Made by a program: the position numbers and the translations under genes. This document shows positions 48,399-57,271 of a stretch of 64,000 nt of DNA, piece after piece. The DNA is from Desulfosudaceae bacterium (GTDB taxonomy: Bacteria; Desulfobacterota; Desulfobacteria; Desulfobacterales; Desulfosudaceae): NCBI GenBank assembly GCA_963674745.2, contig CAXXDV010000001.1, positions 2,304,001 through 2,368,000 on the forward strand, given 5' to 3'. The notes below the pieces were generated by a model that was not told where the DNA came from, searched no databases, and saw only the letters and a list, made by a program, of their open reading frames with translations. The first letter of the stretch is position 1. The number at the start of each line of letters is the position of its first letter.

Positions 48399-49274
48399 AT
48401 GGTGGTAAACCAGATCACTGAACGGTCCCGGACAAGTGCCGGGGCGGATTGCAGTGTCCTGATCGCCACTTATAACCGGCCCGGTACACTCAAACTGCTG
48501 TTAACGGCACTGAATATCCAGACCGTAAAGCGATTTGAAGTTCTGATCTGTGACGACGGGTCAGGACCTGAGACGGCGGAGATGATCACGTCAATCCGCC
48601 AGACCCTTGACTTTAATGTCCGGTATATCCGGCATGAAGACCAGGGATTCCGCAAGGCCATGATCCTCAACCGGGGTATTCTGGCATCCGGCACGGATTA
48701 CCTGCTTTTCCTCGATGATGACTGCATTCCCCACAGTCGCTATATTGAAAGCCATCTGAGGAAAAAAAGTCCGGGCACCCTTGTGTTCGGGAAGTTTGTC
48801 AGAATCCGGCCGGAGCTGATCGGTTTGATCACCGAAGACCTGATACAAAACAGGGGCATGGAGAAAAAGCCGTTTTTTACGCCGGGAAAAAAGTTCGGCC
48901 TGGTGATGAACCGGTTACGGTTTTACAGGCACCTGTTGCAGAAGAATTCTTTACGGCCAAAACTGTATGGTGCGAATTTCGCCGTGGACAAGCCCTCCCT
49001 GTTTAAGGTGAACGGTTTTAACGAGGCCTTCGAAGGCTGGGGTTATGAGGACAATGAACTGCGATTACGCCTGGTCAACAGCGGCATCAGAATGCGGGAA
49101 GCCATTACAGAAGCCATTGTTTTTCATCTCGTGCTTCAGGAACACAGAAAATCCTGCCAATATGATTCGGGACGCCTCAACAAGGACCTGTTTCTTCAGC
49201 AAAAAAATGAGCAATGGGCGTTGCGCGGCCTTCGTCAGCACAAACAGGCAGTAAAAGAACAGGAAACGATTTGA
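48399..49274 (+). CDS. GT2 glycosyltransferase
   Basis: IATYNRP, CDDGS, FLDDDC and NGFNE.FEGWGYED motifs. Confidence 0.9.
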   Translation: MVVNQITERSRTSAGADCSVLIATYNRPGTLKLLLTALNIQTVKRFEVLICDDGSGPETAEMITSIRQTLDFNVRYIRHEDQGFRKAMILNRGILASGTDYLLFLDDDCIPHSRYIESHLRKKSPGTLVFGKFVRIRPELIGLITEDLIQNRGMEKKPFFTPGKKFGLVMNRLRFYRHLLQKNSLRPKLYGANFAVDKPSLFKVNGFNEAFEGWGYEDNELRLRLVNSGIRMREAITEAIVFHLVLQEHRKSCQYDSGRLNKDLFLQQKNEQWALRGLRQHKQAVKEQETI

Positions 49275-49292
49275 TAAGAACATCATGCGTTA

Positions 49293-50360
49293 TTGAAAAG
49301 AGCCTTACCGATCATGACAATTAAACCGGAGAAAATGGTTGTCTTCTGCCCGAACTGGGTTGGTGACGTGGTCATGGCCACCCCGGTCTTTGACTGCCTG
49401 CGTCAGAATTATGCGCAGGCACACATAACGGGTGTGATCCGGAAATATGCCGCCGGCGTGATCAAGGACGGCCCCTGGTTTGATGATATTATTGAGCTTG
49501 ATGAGGATAAAACCCCTGGCGGCTTTATGGCCGGTGTCCGCGACGTCAGAACCGCCCGGCCGGATATGGCCATTGTCCTGCCCAACTCGTTCCGATCCTC
49601 CCTGATTGCTTTTCTGGGCGGGGCGAAAAAACGGTACGGCTATAAAAGGGCTTTACGGTCTTTTCTGTTGAGCGGCGGTCCCAGGCCATTGAAGGCGGGG
49701 CATGACATCAAGCCGGTGCCCATGGCTGAATATTATATGGCGGTCTGCCGCTATCTCAATCTTAACCTGCCGGAAAAAACACGACCGGAACTGTATTTTT
49801 CCGAATCAATCCGGGAAAAAGGAGAGTCGCTTTTTGAAAAGTATCATATTCAACCGGGTGAGATGTTGATCGGCTTGAATCCCGGCGCGAAGTTCGGCGC
49901 CTCAAAATGCTGGCCGCCGGAATATTTCGCCAGATTGGCGGAAGGGATCAGTAAAAAATGGGCTGGCCGGATCCTGCTGCTGGTCGGGCCCGGGGAAGAT
50001 GAAATCGCAGCCTCAATCATCAAGTCCAGCAGTGCGGAGATTATCAATACCGGTCCCGACAAAGTGGATCTTGAACTGTTAAAGTATGTGATCAGCCGGC
50101 TGGATCTTCTGGTAACCAATGACACCGGCCCCCGGCATTACGGGGTGGCCTATGACATTCCCACGGTGGTGATCATGGGGCCGACCAATCCCGACTATAC
50201 GGCCGCCAATCTTGATAAAACCGTTGTCCTGCGTAAAATCCTGGACTGCTCCCCCTGCCATGAAAAAACATGCCCGCTGGGTCATCATCAATGCATGACC
50301 CGGATCATGCCGGAAGAAGCCCTGGCGGCGTCTGTTCAACTTTTGGCCAGCCTGCGCTGA
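49293..50360 (+). CDS. waaF: ADP-heptose:LPS heptosyltransferase II
   Basis: PNWVGDVVMA, LPNSFRS, LNPGAKFG.SKCWP, TNDTGP.H and CSPC....CPLGH..CM motifs; start may be ATG 49314. Confidence 0.92.
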   Translation: MKRALPIMTIKPEKMVVFCPNWVGDVVMATPVFDCLRQNYAQAHITGVIRKYAAGVIKDGPWFDDIIELDEDKTPGGFMAGVRDVRTARPDMAIVLPNSFRSSLIAFLGGAKKRYGYKRALRSFLLSGGPRPLKAGHDIKPVPMAEYYMAVCRYLNLNLPEKTRPELYFSESIREKGESLFEKYHIQPGEMLIGLNPGAKFGASKCWPPEYFARLAEGISKKWAGRILLLVGPGEDEIAASIIKSSSAEIINTGPDKVDLELLKYVISRLDLLVTNDTGPRHYGVAYDIPTVVIMGPTNPDYTAANLDKTVVLRKILDCSPCHEKTCPLGHHQCMTRIMPEEALAASVQLLASLR

Positions 50361-50377
50361 AGATGATAAACGATTAA

Positions 50378-50908
50378 ATGGACGTGATACACCGAAACCT
50401 CTGCCGCTACCTTGAGGTCGAAGCGTTTTTGAACGAATTCTTCAGGTCCTTTGATTACTGTTTTGAACAATGCATTAAAAAGGAACTTGAACAAAACGGC
50501 GGCAACCCGGTGGCGGCATGCTGCCGGAATAAATACTACCGGCTTTATGACCTGGACCATCCCGCCTTTGATCTGCTTAGAAAGGAACGTGAACAGCGGT
50601 ATGGACAGCCTGGTGACTATCTCTGGCCATCTCCTGTCTCGCCATGCGAGTATCACAACCCATCTGAAGGTTGTGTTCTGACGACCCATAAAAGCCCCAT
50701 CTGCCTGGCTTTTATGTGCCGTGAAAGTATCGACTTTCTGAGGGAAAACTATGATATTTATAGCTATGATTATCTCGGCATGCACTATGCCCTGGAGTGG
50801 ACCCTGACCGGTGACTTTTCAGACAGGCAGTACCGGGAACTGAAGGACAGCATTAACGGCATGATCGTATCGATTGAAAACAGGAACCGATCAATCATCC
50901 GGACCTGA
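50378..50908 (+). CDS. Cys-rich hypothetical protein (YkgJ-like cysteine pattern)
   Basis: Nine Cys, including CFEQC, CC, CEYH....GC and CLAFMC. Confidence 0.7.
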   Translation: MDVIHRNLCRYLEVEAFLNEFFRSFDYCFEQCIKKELEQNGGNPVAACCRNKYYRLYDLDHPAFDLLRKEREQRYGQPGDYLWPSPVSPCEYHNPSEGCVLTTHKSPICLAFMCRESIDFLRENYDIYSYDYLGMHYALEWTLTGDFSDRQYRELKDSINGMIVSIENRNRSIIRT

Positions 50909-51029
50909 AATAGGCCTTTTTCCTGCTTTTCAAAACGAGTCCATTTTTTTGGAAAACGTCACCTGACAATTTATTTTTGTATAAAAACAATTGGTTAACG
51001 TTTTGTATGTGCCTTCCACAGTGAAATTG

Positions 51030-51148
51030 AGTCCTGAAAATCAGTACAAAACAATCTGTTGCGATTTTTCCCATCCGGCTGATTTTCTATCAACCCATTG
51101 TATTTGCAGTATATTTAATTTTTATGATGGCTTGGCATGCTTCTTGAT
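51030..51148 (+). promoter_or_regulatory. Putative sigma-54 promoter with IHF site and enhancer site
   Basis: TGGCATG-CTTC-TTGAT (51133-51148, non-consensus -12); TATCAACCCATTG matches IHF WATCAANNNNTTR (51088-51100); AGTCCTGAAAATCAGTACA (51030-51048). Confidence 0.55.
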
Positions 51149-51159
51149 AGGTATATAGT

Positions 51160-51342
51160 AACGTTGTTAATAAAACTTTGGAGGAGCCTATATTATTTTT
51201 TATATTTAATAAGAATGCCGGTTGACCAGGATGTTTCGGGGCCGGGATTGTGTTCTAGTCACCCCCCCCCCCACCCCCCCCCCCCAAACCCCGACAAACA
51301 TATTTCCCGGCCCTGGAATTTCCTGGCCAACCGGCATTTTGA
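51160..51342 (+). ncRNA. Candidate sRNA: long hairpin with a poly-C loop
   Basis: AATGCCGGTTG...CAACCGGCATT, CCAGGA/TCCTGG and GGGCCGGGA/TCCCGGCCC stems enclose C11-A-C12. Confidence 0.5.
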
Positions 51343-51405
51343 ATTAATCCTGAATTTAAAATTTCAACTTCCGGAACACCTTCTGTTCTTCTTCACTTAA
51401 GCAAT

Positions 51406-51571
51406 GACTTTCCCGTGCTTCATGTCTTTCCCCTTTTGCCAATGTCAACGCCATGGTGGTTTAGGATAACAAGCTGGGCGTGGATTCCGGTCCCGGCGAC
51501 GGGGTTTACCGGTACAATGGTGCCTGGAACCTGATACGGTCCTGGAGTACGGCCGAGTAAGCCAGGGAGAC
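51406..51571 (+). ncRNA. ssrS: Probable 6S RNA-like molecule
   Basis: Rod-like fold: closing stem TTTCCC.TGCTT / AAGC.AGGGAGA, central bubble, inner stems CGCCAT/ATGGTG and GCTGGG/CCCGGC; CCTGGAACC..GGTCCTGG resembles the 6S 3' CCTTGAACC..GGTTCAAG segment. Confidence 0.55.
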
Positions 51572-51592
51572 CGCCAAATAGTAAGCAGGCAG

Positions 51593-52708
51593 TTATGGCT
51601 TTATGACCTGAAAGAGCTTCTGTTTGACATCTTCTGCGGTAATGGCGTTCAGGCAGGCCAGGTTTTTGCCCGGGCATTTGCGTTTATAACATGGGGCACA
51701 ATCAAGGGGCTTTTTGACGATCAGGTGTTCACTGCCAAAAGGTGCGGTAAGCGAAGGGTCGGTCGGACCGAAGATGGTTACATAATGCGTTCCAACCGCG
51801 GCGGCGATATGGGCGGAGCCGCAATCAGGTCCGACCGCGGCTTCGGCCTGCTGTAAAACCGCTGCCAGTTCCGGCAGCGACGTCTGCCCGACCAGGTTGA
51901 TCAGGCGGGCGTTACTGATCTCATGCTCAAGGTCGCAGGCCATTTGATATTTTGCCCCGGTGTCGACCATGACCATATTTAAGGATGTTTCCTGGAGAAG
52001 GTCACGAATTAAGTCCGCGTATCCTTTAAAATGCCATTCCTTTGAAACCCAGCTTGAACCGAGAACGACGGCCATGAAGGGCGGCTTCAATTTTGGCAGC
52101 ACCTTCTCCGCATTGGATGAAAGCGCGTTTTTTGAAAAACCGAAATCAAGCGCCTGGGATTTGAAAAGTTCCCGGGACCGGGACGGGTCAAATGCCGTAT
52201 GACAGCCCAGAAGTTCCGTAAATTTCAGGTAATGAAAGATTTTGGGGTATGCCTCATCCATGCGGGGGATATGGATATTGTTAAACAGCCAGTTCCCCTC
52301 TTTGGCGTTTGCCCGATGAAACCCGATCCGACAGGCGGCGCCGGTAACAAATGAAAAAAATCCGCTTTTCAGGTGACGCTGTAGATCAAGCACACAGTCA
52401 AAAGGCCTTTTCCTCAGCTCATAAAGGATACCTGTTAACCCGCCCTGTTGCCAGTTGGCCCGGTTAAACACCAGGATCTCATCGATAAGCGGGTGGACCG
52501 TTACGATCCCCTCGCATTTGGGCTCTATCAGCCAGGTAATGGTGGATTCCGGAAATCGATTTTTAATCAGTGAAACCAGACACAGCCCCCGGGTCACATC
52601 ACCCAGGGACCCCATGAGGATGATCAGAAAAGACGGTGCTTCAGGCAATTGCAGGCCGTCTCCGGCGCGTGATTCGTCTATATGTGTTGATGGTTTGATT
52701 CCGGTCAT
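51593..52708 (-). CDS. GT9 heptosyltransferase (WaaC-like)
   Basis: GSLGDV, ITWL, LDLQ...KS, G.TSL.EL, D.G.AHIAAA, FGPT and CAPC motifs. Confidence 0.88.
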   Translation of the reverse strand: MTGIKPSTHIDESRAGDGLQLPEAPSFLIILMGSLGDVTRGLCLVSLIKNRFPESTITWLIEPKCEGIVTVHPLIDEILVFNRANWQQGGLTGILYELRKRPFDCVLDLQRHLKSGFFSFVTGAACRIGFHRANAKEGNWLFNNIHIPRMDEAYPKIFHYLKFTELLGCHTAFDPSRSRELFKSQALDFGFSKNALSSNAEKVLPKLKPPFMAVVLGSSWVSKEWHFKGYADLIRDLLQETSLNMVMVDTGAKYQMACDLEHEISNARLINLVGQTSLPELAAVLQQAEAAVGPDCGSAHIAAAVGTHYVTIFGPTDPSLTAPFGSEHLIVKKPLDCAPCYKRKCPGKNLACLNAITAEDVKQKLFQVIKP

Positions 52709-52916
52709 ATGTTCAAAAGTCCTTCCAGGATCGTGTAGGGGAAATTACCATGCCTGAACAGGATTATCAAGCTGTCAGCCAGGAAGGGCCGAGTCGTCGC
52801 ATCTGTCGGCCGCACCAGAAAACCATTGACACCAACCGCCGCTCTTGTTAGAGGTAATCATTTTTAGAGATACCCTTTGAAATAAATAGATTATCATTAT
52901 TTTTTTACTTCAGCAC

Positions 52917-54407
52917 ATGATTCCTCAGTTATATTCAGCTAAATGGGAAAACTTGAAAAAAGGTGAGCCTGATCCGGAGGCGATAGGTCACCTGGCACGC
53001 CAGATCGCCCTGTCTTTTATGGACGCCTGTTTGTATTGCGACCGGTATGAACATACCTGTATCCAGCTGTTATGTGAGATGGCCACCGCCTTTGAGGCGG
53101 ACAGCGGATTGAACGCCAAGGCCTCATCAGCGCTTTTTAATATTGTTGTTGAAGGCCTTTGTGACGAGTTCGAGGACATGCAGGTGGAAATATACGACCG
53201 GGTCATGTGCCAGATCATTTCTTTCTGCCGGAACATTCCCCAGGGACAGGACCTGGATAAAACACTTTCCCGTTTTGGCTTTGGTTCTTCTGAGAGTCTC
53301 ATTGGCCGTGCTGCCGGCATGCGCAAACATTTTTTCATTCAAGAAGATATCGAGAAACCGGGAAAAATTATTTTTCTTTCCCGGGTGACCTTTGGCGCGG
53401 ACATCGCGGTTACCAGCGTGCTGATACAGCGGTTTGCCGACGCTTTTCCCGGGGCGGAACTGGTCTTGCTCGGCAATGGCAAGTTAAATGGCCTGTTCGG
53501 CGGACATGAAAAGCTGCGGATTCGAGAGCTTCATTATCCCCGCCGGGGAGATCTGCTGGCCCGGTTTTCGGCCTGGTTTTCCACCCTGGAAGCCATCCGG
53601 GAAGAAACGGCGGAAATCGGCCACAGGTTTCTGGTAATTGACCCGGATTCACGCTTGTCCCAGCTGGGTATCCTGCCGGTGACGGATACCGGGCGGTATT
53701 TTTTCTTTAACAGCCGGTTTAACGGCAGCAGTCCTTACCGCTTGTCCATGTCGGAGCTGGCCAATGAATGGGCCAATCGTATTCTGCCCGAGTCCGGTTT
53801 TTATCATCCCGGGGCCTGGATCGATGACACCTCGAAGGAAACTGCCGGGAGTTTAATTAAAGCGTTGCGCCGTTTTTCAGAACGTATTGTAACCGTCAAT
53901 CTGGGTGTGGGCGGAAACAGTCGGAAGCGGCTGGATGATGATTTTGAGCTCAGGCTGCTGGCATCGCTATTGTCTGAAGAAAACACTTCCGTGGTCCTGG
54001 ATTGCGGGGCCGATGACGAAGAAAAAAAGCGGGCCGAAAAACTGCTTGCGGCCCTGGGCGAACAGGGGGTTGCAACCGCCGAGGCTGATTTGAGCGGCTC
54101 CCCGGTAACACTTTCCGGCCCCGGTATTATCAGTATTCTTTCCAGCATCGGTGAAATCGCGGCCGTAATTTCCGCCAGTGATGAGTTTATCGGGTATGAT
54201 TCGGCCTGCCAGCATATCGCGGCTGCCGCCGGCATCCCTTCCTGCACCGTATTTGCCGGCTCGAATAACCCCCGCTTCGTCAGGAGATGGCATGCCCGGG
54301 GACAGGCCGTCAGCCGTATTATCCATGTGGATAATTTGAGCCGGGACAAAATCTTCGATAACGCCGACATTATCGCACGTATCAATGCCGCCAGGGAACG
54401 GGCATGA
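52917..54407 (+). CDS. Divergent GT9-like glycosyltransferase with an N-terminal helical extension
   Basis: SRVTFGADIAV, GGNSRKR and FIGYDSACQHIAAA.GIP..TVF motifs. Confidence 0.7.
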   Translation: MIPQLYSAKWENLKKGEPDPEAIGHLARQIALSFMDACLYCDRYEHTCIQLLCEMATAFEADSGLNAKASSALFNIVVEGLCDEFEDMQVEIYDRVMCQIISFCRNIPQGQDLDKTLSRFGFGSSESLIGRAAGMRKHFFIQEDIEKPGKIIFLSRVTFGADIAVTSVLIQRFADAFPGAELVLLGNGKLNGLFGGHEKLRIRELHYPRRGDLLARFSAWFSTLEAIREETAEIGHRFLVIDPDSRLSQLGILPVTDTGRYFFFNSRFNGSSPYRLSMSELANEWANRILPESGFYHPGAWIDDTSKETAGSLIKALRRFSERIVTVNLGVGGNSRKRLDDDFELRLLASLLSEENTSVVLDCGADDEEKKRAEKLLAALGEQGVATAEADLSGSPVTLSGPGIISILSSIGEIAAVISASDEFIGYDSACQHIAAAAGIPSCTVFAGSNNPRFVRRWHARGQAVSRIIHVDNLSRDKIFDNADIIARINAARERA

Positions 54408-55921
54408 AAGTACTGTTTGTTTATCCCAATGCCGGTTCACAGCTTGGTTTTAATTATGGCCTGGCTCAGATGAGCGCCGTGTTGAAACAGGCCGGACACC
54501 AGGTAACACTCGTCCACCTGGCCGAAGAACTGGGGCCGCTGCCACAAGAGGCGCAGCTCCAGGCCATGGTCAAAGAATACGATCCCGGGCTGATCGGTTT
54601 TTCCGTGGTGACCAACCAGTGGCCCCTGGCCCGGCAAATCGCCGGATGGATCCGAAAGACCACAGACGTGCCCATTGTCTGCGGCGGTATTCATGCCACG
54701 GTGGCCGCCGACCAGATCCTTCGTTCGGGGGTGTTTGATTATGTACTGGTCGGAGAGTGCGATACCGCTCTTCTGGAATTCGTCAATATCATTGAGCAGG
54801 GGGAGGACCCTTCCGGCATCCGGAACCTGGGGTTTTTAAAAGACGGCACCGTCCGGATAAACCCGGTCCGGCCGTTTCCCGGCCTTGAAACGCTTCCCAT
54901 GAAGGACTACAGCCTTTTTGACTTTCAGAAGCTGATCGATGAAAAAAACGGCTGGGTCGGTCTGATGGCCTCGCGGGGCTGCCCTTTTCAGTGTACTTAC
55001 TGCTTTAATCATCTAATCGTGAAAAAATACCGGGCTGAGCTTGGCTGTAGTTTTTCGGGGCTGAATTATATCCGTCATGTCCCTGTTCCCGCCATGATCG
55101 CTGAGATCAGGTACCTGATTGAAAATTATAAAAACATTAAAATGTTCATCTTCGATGATGACCTTTTTACCTTTAATGCCGATTATCTGCTGGCGTTTTG
55201 TGAGGCTTATAAAAACGTCTGCCAGATCCCGTTTGTGGTCAATGCCCATGTTCACTTTTTCGACCGTAAGCGGGCAAAAGCGCTGGCCGAAGCCGGTTGC
55301 CGGATTGTCAAATTCGGCCTGGAAAGCGGCAGCCCCAGGGTGCGCAAAGAAATCATGCGCCGGCATACCAGCAACAAGGATATCGCCCAGGCCATTTCAT
55401 ACGCCAAGGACGAAGGCATGCACACCTCTTGTTTTGTCATGATCGGTCTGCCCGGAGAAACATCTGAAAACGTGATGGAAACCATTGACCTTCTGGCACA
55501 GGCAAAACCAGGACGGTTCCGCTGGACATTTTTTTACCCCTTTCCGGGAACAGAAGCTTACGCCATCAGCGAACGGGGCGGCTATATCGACTTTGAAAAA
55601 AAAGAACAACTGGTTAATTTTACCGACACGACCTGTCTCGACTTCGGTCCGGAACAGAACCTGTTCTTAAAAAAGGTCGGCCGGATTATGCCCTGGTTTG
55701 TTAACGCCCGTGCAAAAATGGACTGTTCGCAGGTTTACCGGCAGAACGTCGATGCGCTTCTGGCTCTGGACGAAGCCGCATGGGCGGCCGTTGCGGACGG
55801 CCTGGTTGAAGAGGATAAACAGCTTTCATCGCAGATGGTCGAAGCCGGGAAGACCCATTACGCCATCAAGTATAACCGCTTTATGGGCGTTATTTCGGAT
55901 TATTTCTTAGAAGAAGAATAA
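54404..55921 (+). CDS. B12-binding domain radical SAM protein
   Basis: GGIHAT, GE.D, SRGCPFQCTYC, DDLF, GLESGS and MIGLPGET motifs; ATGA overlap with the upstream gene. Confidence 0.95.
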   Translation: MKVLFVYPNAGSQLGFNYGLAQMSAVLKQAGHQVTLVHLAEELGPLPQEAQLQAMVKEYDPGLIGFSVVTNQWPLARQIAGWIRKTTDVPIVCGGIHATVAADQILRSGVFDYVLVGECDTALLEFVNIIEQGEDPSGIRNLGFLKDGTVRINPVRPFPGLETLPMKDYSLFDFQKLIDEKNGWVGLMASRGCPFQCTYCFNHLIVKKYRAELGCSFSGLNYIRHVPVPAMIAEIRYLIENYKNIKMFIFDDDLFTFNADYLLAFCEAYKNVCQIPFVVNAHVHFFDRKRAKALAEAGCRIVKFGLESGSPRVRKEIMRRHTSNKDIAQAISYAKDEGMHTSCFVMIGLPGETSENVMETIDLLAQAKPGRFRWTFFYPFPGTEAYAISERGGYIDFEKKEQLVNFTDTTCLDFGPEQNLFLKKVGRIMPWFVNARAKMDCSQVYRQNVDALLALDEAAWAAVADGLVEEDKQLSSQMVEAGKTHYAIKYNRFMGVISDYFLEEE

Positions 55922-55936
55922 ACGATTTAACCGTAA

Positions 55937-56094
55937 GGGTATCTCTAAAAATTAGAATTTTGGTTCGAGGTCAAGGCGTGCGAAAATTATACAGTAGGGG
56001 CACGGCGTGCCGTGCCCTGATTGGTCGTATTTCGAGGATTAAAATTTGAGCACAACGCCGACATCGGGCCAAAAGGCAATTTTTAGAGGTGCCC
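55937..56094. mobile_element. MITE-like palindromic element with an internal GTAG REP-like palindrome
   Basis: 17-bp terminal IRs GGGTATCTCTAAAAATT / AATTTTTAGAGGTGCCC (2 mismatches); inner IRs; GTAGGGGCACGGCGTGCCGTGCCCT at 55994-56018. Confidence 0.75.
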
Positions 56095-56098
56095 GTAA

Positions 56099-57232
56099 TC
56101 AGCTGCCCAGCATAAAACTCCACAACACACCCGCTGCAATGGCCGAGCCGATAACGCCGGATGAATTACAGGCCATGGCATGCATGAGCAGATAGTTGGT
56201 GGGGTCTTCATGCAGACCGACCAGGTGGACCTCCCGGGCGGATCCCGGAACCGCGGAAACGCCGGCTGCACCAAGCAGGGGGTTGATCTTGTTTTTCATG
56301 AACAGGTTCATGATTTTCCCAAAGATAAGCCCCGATGCGGTAGCAACGGAAAAAGCGACCGCACCCAGAAAAAAGATGCCGATGGATTTCCCGGTCAGGA
56401 AAATATCACCCTGGGTGCTGGCGCCTACGGTCATGCCCAGGAAAATGGTGGCGGCATCCATGATAACCGTTCGGGCGCTTTGGGCCAATCGTTCAGCCTG
56501 GCCGCATTCTTTGAGAAAATTACCGAAAAAGAACGGCCCCAGCAGGGGAATTGAGGCAGGTGCCAGAAAACAGCAGAGCACGATACCGATGACCGGAAAA
56601 ATCATGCGTTCATTTTTGGATGTTTCACGAATTTCCGGCATGCGGATCAAGCGTTCCTTACGGGTGGTCAGCAGCCGCATGATGGGCGGCTGGATGACAG
56701 GAATCAACGCCATGTAAGAATAAGCGGCAATGGCAATGGGGCCGATCAGGTGGGGCGCCAGCTTGGCTGTAAGGAAGATCGAGGTCGGGCCGTCGGCGCC
56801 GCCGATGATGGCCACGGAAGCGGCTTCTTTGGGCAGAAAACCCAGCCCCAAGGCACCCAGCAGGGTAAAAAATACGCCGACCTGAGCCGCCGCCCCCAGA
56901 AGCATCAGCTTCGGTTGGGATAACAGCGAGGAAAAATCCGTCATAGCCCCCAGGCCAAGAAAGACGATGGATGGATACAGCCCGGAAGTCACGCCGAAAT
57001 ACAGGTAATGCAGAACACTGTTGTTCTCATACACACCAAGCCCGAAACCTTTAAAGAAGGGAACGTTGCCGATAATGATGCCCAGTCCGATGGGGATCAG
57101 CAGTAATGGTTCATAGCCCTTGGCCGCACCAAGGTAAACACAGGTGCTGCCGACAACCAGCATGATCAGGTTGCGGTAATCGGCCAGTGCGAAACCGGTA
57201 TTGCTTAGAAAATCAATGGCTAAATTAAGCAT
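56099..57232 (-). CDS. oadB: Na+-translocating decarboxylase beta subunit
   Basis: YEPLLLIPIG, GAMTDF, LGAAAQ, IIGGADGPT, YSYMAL and GAAGVSAVP motifs. Confidence 0.95.
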   Translation of the reverse strand: MLNLAIDFLSNTGFALADYRNLIMLVVGSTCVYLGAAKGYEPLLLIPIGLGIIIGNVPFFKGFGLGVYENNSVLHYLYFGVTSGLYPSIVFLGLGAMTDFSSLLSQPKLMLLGAAAQVGVFFTLLGALGLGFLPKEAASVAIIGGADGPTSIFLTAKLAPHLIGPIAIAAYSYMALIPVIQPPIMRLLTTRKERLIRMPEIRETSKNERMIFPVIGIVLCCFLAPASIPLLGPFFFGNFLKECGQAERLAQSARTVIMDAATIFLGMTVGASTQGDIFLTGKSIGIFFLGAVAFSVATASGLIFGKIMNLFMKNKINPLLGAAGVSAVPGSAREVHLVGLHEDPTNYLLMHAMACNSSGVIGSAIAAGVLWSFMLGS

Positions 57233-57271
57233 TTGTGCTCCTGTTAGAGAGTCGCTGAAGCGGGTTGCGGG

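Noticed and set aside
51137..51400. 87-aa ORF with a poly-Pro segment
   Set aside because: Its ATG lies inside the putative sigma-54 motif, it has no RBS, and the Pro run simply reflects the poly-C loop; an RNA structure explains the region better
51556..51575. AAGCCAGGGAGACCGCC as a cobalamin riboswitch B12 box
   Set aside because: The other conserved riboswitch elements are not evident, no + strand gene follows, and the segment pairs with 51408-51420 as a 6S-like closing stem
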